Part shown: piece by piece, positions 1-7,177 of the stretch
Layout: each line of letters begins with the position of its first letter
How positions within the stretch are numbered: position 1 is the stretch's first letter
Source: Acidobacteriota bacterium
GTDB taxonomy: Bacteria > Acidobacteriota > Thermoanaerobaculia > Thermoanaerobaculales > Sulfomarinibacteraceae
Assembly (NCBI GenBank): GCA_024641545.1
Contig: JAHECW010000005.1
Coordinates: 6,067-70,066, forward strand
Length of the DNA: 64,000 nucleotides
Direction of reading: 5' to 3'
The notes under the pieces: model-generated
Told to the model about the DNA's origin: nothing
The model's input: the letters and a program-made list of their open reading frames with translations, nothing else
The model's database searches: none
Translations under genes and position numbers: made by a program

Positions 1-439
1 CCACCCGGTGGTCGCGGTTGATCAGCGCGACAAAGCAGGGGACTTTCTCGAACAGCGCCTGGTACTCGCTCTGGAGCTGTCTCGCGGCGGTCAGATCGGT
101 GGTGATGGCCGCCACGAAGTTCGTCTCGTCCGCGTCGGCCGGGATCGGGGTCAGATTGACCAGATAGTGGACCTCGCGGCCGCGGGCATCGATCCCCGTC
201 TGTTCGAGGGTCCGCGGTCGGCCGTCGCGGAAAACCTCCAGGGCATGGCAGTCGTCGCAGGGTTCATCTCGGTCCTTCGTGATCGAGTAACACGTCCGGC
301 CGCGCGCCGCCCCGAAACAGGCCTCGAAGGCCCGGTTGTGATCAACCACGTTCAACGCCGGGTCGATGACCATCACCCCCGACGGAATCTCGTCGATGAG
401 CCGACCGAGCATCTCGTTTCGCCAGGTTGCCGCGTGCAT
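1..439 (-). CDS. PAS-domain sensor protein, N-terminal part (gene continues beyond the left window edge)
   Basis: Absent from the ORF track because no stop lies in the window. Reverse-complement reading from ATG 439-437 gives MHAATWRNEMLGRLIDEIPSGVMVIDPALNVVDHNRAFEACFGAARGRTCYSITKDRDEPCDDCHALEVFRDGRPRTLEQTGIDARGREVHYLVNLTPIPADADETNFVAAITTDLTAARQLQSEYQALFEKVPCFVALINRDHRV with no stop. PAS-like pattern; GGGAGGTG Shine-Dalgarno 5 nt upstream of the ATG; a second PAS-like repeat starts near the edge. Confidence 0.6.
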   Translation of the reverse strand, partial: MHAATWRNEMLGRLIDEIPSGVMVIDPALNVVDHNRAFEACFGAARGRTCYSITKDRDEPCDDCHALEVFRDGRPRTLEQTGIDARGREVHYLVNLTPIPADADETNFVAAITTDLTAARQLQSEYQALFEKVPCFVALINRDHRV

Positions 440-536
440 CACGACACCTCCCGGCCCCCGCCCGACCGCGTCGCACCATGCGTACGGTCAACCCATCGAG
501 CGGCTGCCCGTCGCGGCCCGGCTGACGCGCCGGCAG

Positions 537-2591
537 TCATTGGAAAAACCCTTCGGCGACAACCACGGGCCGCCCGCCGATCCCATCATCGGGCACGACC
601 TCGATCTCGGATTCGACCCCTCGGTGGCAGAAGCCACAACGGGTCATCACCGGTTCCTCGATCGCTTTCTTGGATTCGTGGGCGCAGTGGCACTCGACAC
701 AGAGCTGGTGCATGGCGAGGCGATATCCGGGAGCGATCCCGGCGATTTCGCTCCGGTCCGCTCTCTCTTCCGGGTCGCTCGCAGCGGACACACCATGGCA
801 CCCGGAACAGGCGATGTCGCCGACGGCGGCGTCGGTCGAGCACTGATGACGGCCCTCGGCGAACGCCTGCGAAATCTCGGCTCGGTGGCACTCGACGCAG
901 GGAGTCGCCGAAGCGCGGTTCTTGACGGCTTCGGTCGCCGGGTGGCAGCGTCCGCAGGAGGCATTGTTGCCGAGCGCGGTGATGTGGTCGTCGTGGATGA
1001 AGGTGTCGGTGCAACGGTACATGTCGGCGTGGCAGGTCGCACACGGCGTGCCCCGCTCAAAGCGGAGGTTGCGATGGTGACAGAGGTTGCACGAGGCCTC
1101 GCCACCGAGCCGGTCGCGGTGGGCGGTGTGGTCGAAGAGCACCGCCCGGCCCGCGCGGTCGCCGTCGATGAGCAGCGCGGTCGTGAATCCCTCGGGGAAC
1201 TGAGCGGGAGCGATCTCGTTGCCGAGGAAGAGCAGGCTCGCCGGCATCGACTCGTCCACCACGAGCCGCACCGCGGCCACCGTCCGAGCCGAACGAGTCG
1301 GCACCGCAGGGGGGTACTTACCACCGGTGGTCGTGGTCTCGAGCACGACCATGCCGACCACGATCCCGATCACCCACCCCGCCGCCGCCAGGTGGGCGCG
1401 GCCGAACCACACCCCACCGAAGTAGTTGTGGGTCAAAGGGTCGGAGATCGGCGGGGTGAAGTGATCGGGATTCGCCGGCGCCTCCTCCCAGACCGGGAAA
1501 CGCTCGACGAAGAAGAGAAAGATCAGGGCCATTCCGGAGACCAATCCGACGCTGACCAGGATCTCGGTCAGGGCCGGAAGGTAGGTTTCCCCGCCGGCCG
1601 CCAGGTGAACGATGCCGCCCACGTCCGCCCGATGGAGGACGAACCCGGCGACGCCGGTGAACGCGCCGACCACGACGGGCCAGTGTTTGTCGGACAGCGA
1701 CGGGAGGTTGAAAAGCACCAACGGAATCACCACCGACATCGCGAGCTCGAGGGCAAAGAGCACCGAGTACCACGATGGCTGTACCAGCAGGTGGAGCTGG
1801 TGGCGAAGACCGAGATCGGTCAGTCTCACCGCGAGATAGAGCAGCAGCACCACCGATGCCGCCCGGACCAGACCGCGGAGCACCGGCCATTCCCCGTGGC
1901 GGTGGTAGAGCCAGGCGGTGGTGCTGCTCTCCACCGCGACCATCATCAAACCGAGCCCGATGGCCGAGACAAAAAAGAGCAGCGGCAGGATGGGTGAATA
2001 CCAAAGCGGGTGGAGACGGTCCTTGGCGAGGAGAAAGAGCGTGCCCAGGGAACTCTGATGGAGGGTGGAAAGGCCGATACCGGCAATCACGAGCACCAGG
2101 CTGACGCGACGCATGACCCGCAGCGCCCGCTCCCACTTCAGACCTTCGAAGAGCACGGGAACGAACTCGAGGGCAAGAACCGTGAGGTAGAGCATGACGC
2201 ACCAGCCGACCTCGAAGAGCGGCGAGTCGGGTTGCCAGAAGACGATCATGCGCCAGATGTTCCACGGCCGGCCGAGGTCGACGAGGAGGCCGAGGGCGAC
2301 GGCGAGATAGCCGAGAAAGGCGGTCAACACCGCGGGCCGGACGAGGCCGTGATAACGGTCGAGGTGGAAGATGTGCACCGTTGCGGCGATCACGAACCCG
2401 CCGGCGGCCAGCGCCACTCCCGAGAGCACGTCGAACCCGATCCACAGACCCCACGGCGTCCCATCCGTGAGCGCCGTGGTGGCGCCGAGGCCGCGCAGGT
2501 AGCGCGCAACGGCCACCGCGGCGGCGATGCCGATCAAGAACCAGAGGACGGCCTTGGTCACGATGAGGCGGGTGTTGTTGGCTTCGTTCAC
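537..2591 (-). CDS. NrfD/PsrC/DsrP-like polytopic membrane subunit fused to a C-terminal heptahaem c-type cytochrome domain
   Basis: GTG start overlapping the upstream stop (GTGA). The first ~430 aa have about 10-11 hydrophobic helices in an NrfD-family pattern. The last ~250 aa are soluble and carry seven CxxCH motifs (CNLCH, CATCH, CGRCH, CVECH, CSGCH, CVECH, CGFCH). Confidence 0.85.
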   Translation of the reverse strand: MNEANNTRLIVTKAVLWFLIGIAAAVAVARYLRGLGATTALTDGTPWGLWIGFDVLSGVALAAGGFVIAATVHIFHLDRYHGLVRPAVLTAFLGYLAVALGLLVDLGRPWNIWRMIVFWQPDSPLFEVGWCVMLYLTVLALEFVPVLFEGLKWERALRVMRRVSLVLVIAGIGLSTLHQSSLGTLFLLAKDRLHPLWYSPILPLLFFVSAIGLGLMMVAVESSTTAWLYHRHGEWPVLRGLVRAASVVLLLYLAVRLTDLGLRHQLHLLVQPSWYSVLFALELAMSVVIPLVLFNLPSLSDKHWPVVVGAFTGVAGFVLHRADVGGIVHLAAGGETYLPALTEILVSVGLVSGMALIFLFFVERFPVWEEAPANPDHFTPPISDPLTHNYFGGVWFGRAHLAAAGWVIGIVVGMVVLETTTTGGKYPPAVPTRSARTVAAVRLVVDESMPASLLFLGNEIAPAQFPEGFTTALLIDGDRAGRAVLFDHTAHRDRLGGEASCNLCHHRNLRFERGTPCATCHADMYRCTDTFIHDDHITALGNNASCGRCHPATEAVKNRASATPCVECHRAEISQAFAEGRHQCSTDAAVGDIACSGCHGVSAASDPEERADRSEIAGIAPGYRLAMHQLCVECHCAHESKKAIEEPVMTRCGFCHRGVESEIEVVPDDGIGGRPVVVAEGFFQ

Positions 2592-3400
2592 GACTCCTCC
2601 TCGTTCCGTTGGACTTCGTCGCCCGGGTCGGCGGTGGCGGCGGTCGGGCCTTCGGCGGCTGCAACCTGGCGCCGCCGTTCGAGCGTCCAGTGGACGCCGT
2701 ACATGAGGCCGGCGACGCCGAAGAAGGTGTAGGGAACGGTGTGCAGGACCTTGCGGGCGAGCTCCGGACGCGATCCGGTGCCGAGATCATCGGGCCAGCG
2801 TGCGTCGGTGAGATCGACGTCCGAGATGGTCAACACCGAGGTGCCGCCGACCTCGTGCTCGCCCCAGATGTGGTCGATGTAGCGCTGTGGCGCCGCGGCG
2901 ATCCTCGAGCGTGCTTCGGCGAGCAGCGCCTCGCGATCGCCGAAGATCGTGGCCTCGGTTGGACAGGCTGCGGTGCAGGCCGGCTGTGAGAGCTCACCCG
3001 CCTTGATCTTGTCGTAACAGAGAATGCACTTGCGCACCCTCGGCGTCGCCGACTCCCACTCGTAGCGTGTCATTGCAAAAGGACAGGCCACCATGCAGTA
3101 GCGACAACCCATGCAGATCACCGGGTTGTAGGCCACCGCGCCGGCTTCGGTCCTGCTCAACGCACCCACCGGGCACGCGGCTGCGCAGGCAGGATCGAGA
3201 CAGTGGCGGCAGTGGAGACGAACGTTCCGGTTACCGGTTTCAACGAGCGTTGTCCACCGGGTGGATGACAGATCGTTGACCCCGCCCTGCCAGCGGTAGG
3301 GCGCATCCGATCCGGTGTCGTTTGTCCGCCGGCACGCGGAGACGCATTCCTCGCAGCCGATGCAGCGGGTCACGTCGGTGAGAATCGCCATGGTCGTCAT
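2588..3400 (-). CDS. 4x[4Fe-4S] ferredoxin-type electron-transfer subunit (NrfC/DmsB/PsrB/DsrO/HmcB-like)
   Basis: Cys clusters CIGCEECVSAC, CRHCLDPACAAACP, CMGCRYCMVACP and CILCYD...CTAACP. ATG overlaps the upstream stop (ATGA). No N-terminal Tat/Sec-like signal is visible. C-terminal hydrophobic helix TVPYTFFGVAGLMYGVHW. Confidence 0.85.
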   Translation of the reverse strand: MTTMAILTDVTRCIGCEECVSACRRTNDTGSDAPYRWQGGVNDLSSTRWTTLVETGNRNVRLHCRHCLDPACAAACPVGALSRTEAGAVAYNPVICMGCRYCMVACPFAMTRYEWESATPRVRKCILCYDKIKAGELSQPACTAACPTEATIFGDREALLAEARSRIAAAPQRYIDHIWGEHEVGGTSVLTISDVDLTDARWPDDLGTGSRPELARKVLHTVPYTFFGVAGLMYGVHWTLERRRQVAAAEGPTAATADPGDEVQRNEEES

Positions 3401-4098
3401 ACCGGCTCTCCCTCCTTGTTCAGGGCCTGCGCGACGTGGCGGCCGGTCTCAGCCGGGAAGTGCCATCCGAGTTGGAAGACCAGACGGGTGAACGGATAGA
3501 GGACACAGTGCGCGATCTTGGTGATCGGAACCAGCACCAATACCAGATCCCCGACAAGCACGTGCAGCAGCAGCATGGTCCGGGCGGCAAACGGGCTGAA
3601 GGCCGGATTCGCCGCCCACCAGCCGAAAAGAACGAGGGCAAACAGGATGACGAGCACGAGCACGTCCCCCGCCCGGGTGATGGCACGCGAACTCGCGGAC
3701 CCGAGCCGGCCCACGACCAGCGCGAGCAACGCCGCCAGGGAAACCAGGGTCACACCGTCGGCAACCGCCTCGGGAATGACCGGCCACCAGACCGGGAGAA
3801 TTCCGGGGAGCAACGCCGCATGCCCGGCCAGAAACAGCGGCACCACGAGCACGCCGACGTGGAAGAGCACCGACGCGGAGCTGTAGACCGGCCGCTTGTG
3901 CCACAAACGGCGGGGCACGAGCCAACCGGCAGTGGCGGCGACAATGTCGCCGAGCGGCAGCCGGCGATCGCCGGCGCGGTGCCACGCAACCGCGATCTGT
4001 CCGACCAGGGTGACGATTCTGTAGCCGAGCCCGAGAACGCACACCGTGAGAGCGATTCGAAAGAGCGGACCACGAGCAAACTCGATCCAGCCGTCCAT
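3397..4098 (-). CDS. NarI/DsrM/HmcE-like membrane cytochrome b subunit
   Basis: 233 aa with 5-6 hydrophobic helices. Conserved-looking intramembrane His residues (LFHVGVL, AGHAAL, LLLHVLVG, KIAHCVL) fit two haem b sites of the nitrate-reductase-gamma family. Sits immediately downstream of the CCG-domain gene. Confidence 0.7.
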   Translation of the reverse strand: MDGWIEFARGPLFRIALTVCVLGLGYRIVTLVGQIAVAWHRAGDRRLPLGDIVAATAGWLVPRRLWHKRPVYSSASVLFHVGVLVVPLFLAGHAALLPGILPVWWPVIPEAVADGVTLVSLAALLALVVGRLGSASSRAITRAGDVLVLVILFALVLFGWWAANPAFSPFAARTMLLLHVLVGDLVLVLVPITKIAHCVLYPFTRLVFQLGWHFPAETGRHVAQALNKEGEPV

Positions 4099-4105
4099 GA
4101 AGACC

Positions 4106-5500
4106 TCACACCTCTGACGCGGCGCCGACGGCCGCGTCGTCGATCTCGATCAGCATTTCCGCCGGCGGGACGATGGCCTTGATCAAGAGGTCGTGCAGGC
4201 CGACGACCCGGACCTGATCCAGCCCGTGGTCCTCGCAGACCTCGCGCAGCTGCTTCTTGCAGTTGGCGCACGGCGCCACGACGATCTCGGCGCCGGTGCG
4301 GCGGATCTGTTCCGCCTTCTTGGCGCCGCCCACCAGGGTTCTGAACTCGCGGATTTCGTCGATGGACACGGTGCCGCCACCGCCGCCGCAGCAGTAGTTT
4401 TCCCGACCCTTCGGGGTCATGTCGACATAGTCGGCGCAGATGTGGCGGAGGATCTCGCGCGGTTGGTCGATGATCCACCCCGTGCGGGCGATGTTGCACG
4501 GATCGTGGTACGTCGTGCGCTGGGAGACGACATCGGGCCGCAACTCGAGCCGGCCCTCCTTCCACGCCCGGTGGGTGTACTCCATGAAGTTCACCACCTC
4601 CGGGGCATCATCGGCGCCGCAGAAGGTCCGGATGAAGAACTTCGCGGACCGGGAGGCGTGGCCGCACTCCCCGATGAGGATCTTCCTCGCGCCCAGCCGG
4701 CGGACCTCCTCGGCCTCCATTGAGACGATCCGGTCGAGCATCCTGTCGGAGTAGAAAAGGCCGTAGTTGATGCCGTCGTACGCTCCCGTACCGATGGTCC
4801 ACGAACCGCCGGTGGCACTCATGACCGCCGCGTTGCCGATGAGGGTGTCGGGTTCGAGCAGATAGTCGCTCACCGCCGGGAAGAAGACATACTCGGTGCC
4901 TTCCCGGTCGATCGGGAACTCGATCTTGAGCCCGACCTCGTCGGCGCAGTCTTCTTCGAGGAACTCGCAGGTGTCGAGGAGGGCCGCCTTGGGGATCGCC
5001 GAGGTGTTGCGGGTGGTCCCGTCGAGTTGCTCCCGCGTCGCGACCACAAGAGCTTTGGGGACGATCCCCACTTCGGCGAGAGACCAACGGGCGAGGTGGG
5101 TGAGGAGCCCGTGGTCGATGCCCATGGGACACTCGAGGTTGCACCGCCGACAGGCCGTGCAGCGGTAGAACTCTTCCGCCATGGTGTTGATGTAGGCCTC
5201 ATCGATCTCGAACGATCGCCCGAACCGCGCCCCCAGGTTTCCGAACGGGGTGAAATACCGGCGATAGACCTTGAGCAGAAGCTCGGACCGGCGGCACGGG
5301 ATGTCGCGGTCCTCTCCCGATGTCTCGTAGACGGGGCAACTGGTGCTGCAGCGGCCGCACCGCGTGGTCACCCGGCAGGCGGTATCGAGCACCATCGCGT
5401 AGTTCGAGTGCGAGAGGATGGCCGCGAGGCCTTCAAGGTACCGCCTCGGCAGATCGCTGGTGTCAACGGGCTCGAGATAGTAGGAACATTCAATGGCCAT
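4106..5500 (-). CDS. DsrK/HdrD/HmcF-like Fe-S protein with CCG (cysteine-rich) domain
   Basis: Two ferredoxin motifs (CGRCSTSCP, CTACRRCNLECP). CCG-domain signature YHDPCNIAR ... NYCCGGGGG ... CANCK. Start trimmed from the track value 5713 to the ATG at 5500 (MAIECSYY...), because a -24/-12 promoter lies at 5545-5562 inside the longer ORF and a GAAGGGA RBS-like stretch precedes 5500. Confidence 0.85.
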   Translation of the reverse strand: MAIECSYYLEPVDTSDLPRRYLEGLAAILSHSNYAMVLDTACRVTTRCGRCSTSCPVYETSGEDRDIPCRRSELLLKVYRRYFTPFGNLGARFGRSFEIDEAYINTMAEEFYRCTACRRCNLECPMGIDHGLLTHLARWSLAEVGIVPKALVVATREQLDGTTRNTSAIPKAALLDTCEFLEEDCADEVGLKIEFPIDREGTEYVFFPAVSDYLLEPDTLIGNAAVMSATGGSWTIGTGAYDGINYGLFYSDRMLDRIVSMEAEEVRRLGARKILIGECGHASRSAKFFIRTFCGADDAPEVVNFMEYTHRAWKEGRLELRPDVVSQRTTYHDPCNIARTGWIIDQPREILRHICADYVDMTPKGRENYCCGGGGGTVSIDEIREFRTLVGGAKKAEQIRRTGAEIVVAPCANCKKQLREVCEDHGLDQVRVVGLHDLLIKAIVPPAEMLIEIDDAAVGAASEV

Positions 5501-5544
5501 GGGAATCCCTTCGGCGCAGCGGGCTGTCGTACCACCCATCGGTA

Positions 5545-5562
5545 GAGCATTTGTTGTGCCAA
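5545..5562 (-). promoter_or_regulatory. Sigma-54 (-24/-12) promoter of the DsrK-like/cytochrome operon
   Basis: The minus strand reads TTGGCACAACAAATGCTC. This is TGGCAC-N5-aTGC with correct GG-N10-GC spacing and one mismatch to TGGCAC-N5-TTGC. It lies ~35 nt upstream of the ATG at 5500 and faces away from a sigma-54 activator gene 145 bp away. Confidence 0.6.
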
Positions 5563-5590
5563 ACCCGAGAATTTTCATGAAACCATTTGT

Positions 5591-5603
5591 TATCAATAAT
5601 TTA
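5591..5603. promoter_or_regulatory. IHF-like bending site between the sigma-54 promoter and the divergent activator gene
   Basis: TATCAATAATTTA fits WATCAANNNNTTR. It lies in the only strongly AT-rich patch of the 5563-5706 intergenic region, ~30-40 bp upstream of the -24 element. Confidence 0.25.
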
Positions 5604-5706
5604 TTAGTGAGTCTGAGAGAAATTTCCGCTTTCGTAATGTCGCGAAATTGGAACTGATGTCTCGAAGGTATTGTAAATATGGAACACTCGATGGATAATC
5701 GGCAAC

Positions 5707-7044
5707 ATGACACACAGGATCGATCCCCGCTATGGCAGCCTGATCTTCGACAACATTCCGCACGGGATCTTCACCGTCGACGCCGAACGGCGAATCACCT
5801 CCTTCAACCGCGCCGCCGAGGAAATCACGGGCTGGTCCCAGGAGGAGGCTCTCGGTCGTCCGTGCACGTCGATCTTCAACTCCAACCACTGCGCCGGCCG
5901 CTGCTTCCTCTTCAACAGCATCGAGCGCGGCGAGCCCCACCGCGACTGCGAGGTCCACATCATCAAGCGAAACGGCACCGAGATCTCGGTCGCGGTGAGC
6001 ACCGCGAGCCTGACGAGTGATGACGGCGAGGTCATCGGCGGGATCGAAATGTTCCGCGACCTCACCGAGGTCAATACCCTCCGGCGGGAACTCGAGGGGT
6101 CCTACCAGATCGGCGATATCGTCTCCAAGAGCGCCGCCATGAAGGGTGTCCGCGATCTCCTTCCGCTCGTTGCCCGCAGCGACAGCACCGTGCTCATCGA
6201 AGGCGAGCCCGGCACCGGCAAAGAACTGGTTGCACGAGCAATCCACAACATGGGTCCCAGGCGGGAGGGCCCGTTTGTCGGGGTCAACTGCGGCGCCCTG
6301 CCGGAATCGCTCGTCGAGTCCGAGCTCTTCGGCCACGTCCGCGGCGCTTTCACCGACGCAAAAAGGGACAAGCCCGGCCGTTTCGCCGCCGCCCAGGGGG
6401 GAACCCTCCTCCTCGACGAGATCGGCGACATCTCGGCCGCGGTGCAGGTCAAACTCCTTCGGGTGCTCCAGGAACGCGAGTACGTGCCTCTCGGATCCTC
6501 GGAGCCCGTCAAGGCCGATGTCAGGATTCTCGCCGCCACCAACCGTGATCTGTCACACGAGGCGATGAACGGCCGCTTCCGCCAGGATCTCTATTTTCGC
6601 CTCAACGTGGTTCGGATCGTGCTGCCGCCGCTGCGTTCCCGGTGGGAGGACATCCCGCTCCTGGTGCAACACTTCATCGAGCGCTTCAACAACCTCCAGG
6701 GGCGCCGGATCTGCGGCATCTCCGAACGCGCCATGACAACCCTCGCGGGTCACTCCTTCCCGGGCAACGTACGCGAACTCGAAAACGCCATCGAACACGC
6801 TTTCGTGGTGTGCGCCGGCAACACCATACGCCGCGAAGATCTGCCGCCGCACATCCGCGGCGAGGCCGCCGTCCCGCCGGAGGCATCCCGGGAATCTGCC
6901 GGCGGTCCGCTCGACGCGGCCGAGGCCGCGGCCATTCGTGACGCTCTCAGGCGCTATTCCAACAACCGAACCGAGACCGCCCGGGGACTGGGCATCTCGC
7001 GGAATACGCTTTGGCGGAAGATGAAGAAATACCGGATACCATGA
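5707..7044 (+). CDS. Sigma-54-dependent transcriptional activator (PAS - AAA+ - Fis-type HTH; no receiver domain)
   Basis: N-terminal PAS (IPHGIFTVDAERRITSFNRAAEEITGW). Walker A GEPGTGKE, GAFTDA loop, LLLDEIGD, PGNVRELEN. C-terminal HTH ETARGLGISRNTLWRKMKKY. Confidence 0.9.
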   Translation: MTHRIDPRYGSLIFDNIPHGIFTVDAERRITSFNRAAEEITGWSQEEALGRPCTSIFNSNHCAGRCFLFNSIERGEPHRDCEVHIIKRNGTEISVAVSTASLTSDDGEVIGGIEMFRDLTEVNTLRRELEGSYQIGDIVSKSAAMKGVRDLLPLVARSDSTVLIEGEPGTGKELVARAIHNMGPRREGPFVGVNCGALPESLVESELFGHVRGAFTDAKRDKPGRFAAAQGGTLLLDEIGDISAAVQVKLLRVLQEREYVPLGSSEPVKADVRILAATNRDLSHEAMNGRFRQDLYFRLNVVRIVLPPLRSRWEDIPLLVQHFIERFNNLQGRRICGISERAMTTLAGHSFPGNVRELENAIEHAFVVCAGNTIRREDLPPHIRGEAAVPPEASRESAGGPLDAAEAAAIRDALRRYSNNRTETARGLGISRNTLWRKMKKYRIP

Positions 7045-7129
7045 TCGATCACGTTCACGTTCCCGGTCGCGGCCTTTTCGGGATCGGAAGCGGGATCGAA
7101 GGTGACAAAGCTCCGAACTCAAAAGGAAC

Positions 7130-7149
7130 GGCCCGCCGATCGGCGGGCC
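7130..7149. terminator. Bidirectional hairpin between convergent genes
   Basis: Perfect 20-nt palindrome GGCCCGCCGATCGGCGGGCC (8-bp GC stem, 4-nt loop). T-rich tract follows on the minus strand (GTTCCTTTTGAG) and a weaker one on the plus strand (GCTGCTGTTCTGATTC). Confidence 0.6.
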
Positions 7150-7177
7150 GCTGCTGTTCTGATTCGATCGTTCGGGC

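Noticed and set aside
300-330. CxxCH (CDDCH) in the first PAS domain as a covalent haem-c site
   Set aside because: The protein starts directly with the PAS domain, with no signal peptide or membrane helix, so access to the periplasmic cytochrome-c maturation system is unlikely. It is kept only as part of the tri-Cys observation.
8-1997. Plus-strand ORFs 8-925 (305 aa) and 366-1997 (543 aa), plus several nested ones, at the left end
   Set aside because: They have Arg/Pro/Gly-rich, low-complexity translations with no motifs. They lie antisense to well-supported minus-strand genes (the PAS sensor and the NrfD::cytochrome fusion). These are typical GC-rich shadow ORFs.
4106-5713. Full-length 535-aa version of the DsrK-like ORF
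   Set aside because: The first 71 codons run through the AT-rich intergenic region and across the -24/-12 promoter at 5545-5562, and they encode implausible sequence (MSCCRLSIECSIFTIPSRHQFQF...). The ATG at 5500 gives a normal HdrD/DsrK N-terminus.
7048-7106. CACGTT CACGTT ... CGGGATCGGAAG CGGGATCGAAGG as a sixth member of the word-repeat family
   Set aside because: The tandem words are present, but arm complementarity is weak by eye. It is mentioned under locus A only as a possible member and is not annotated as a feature.
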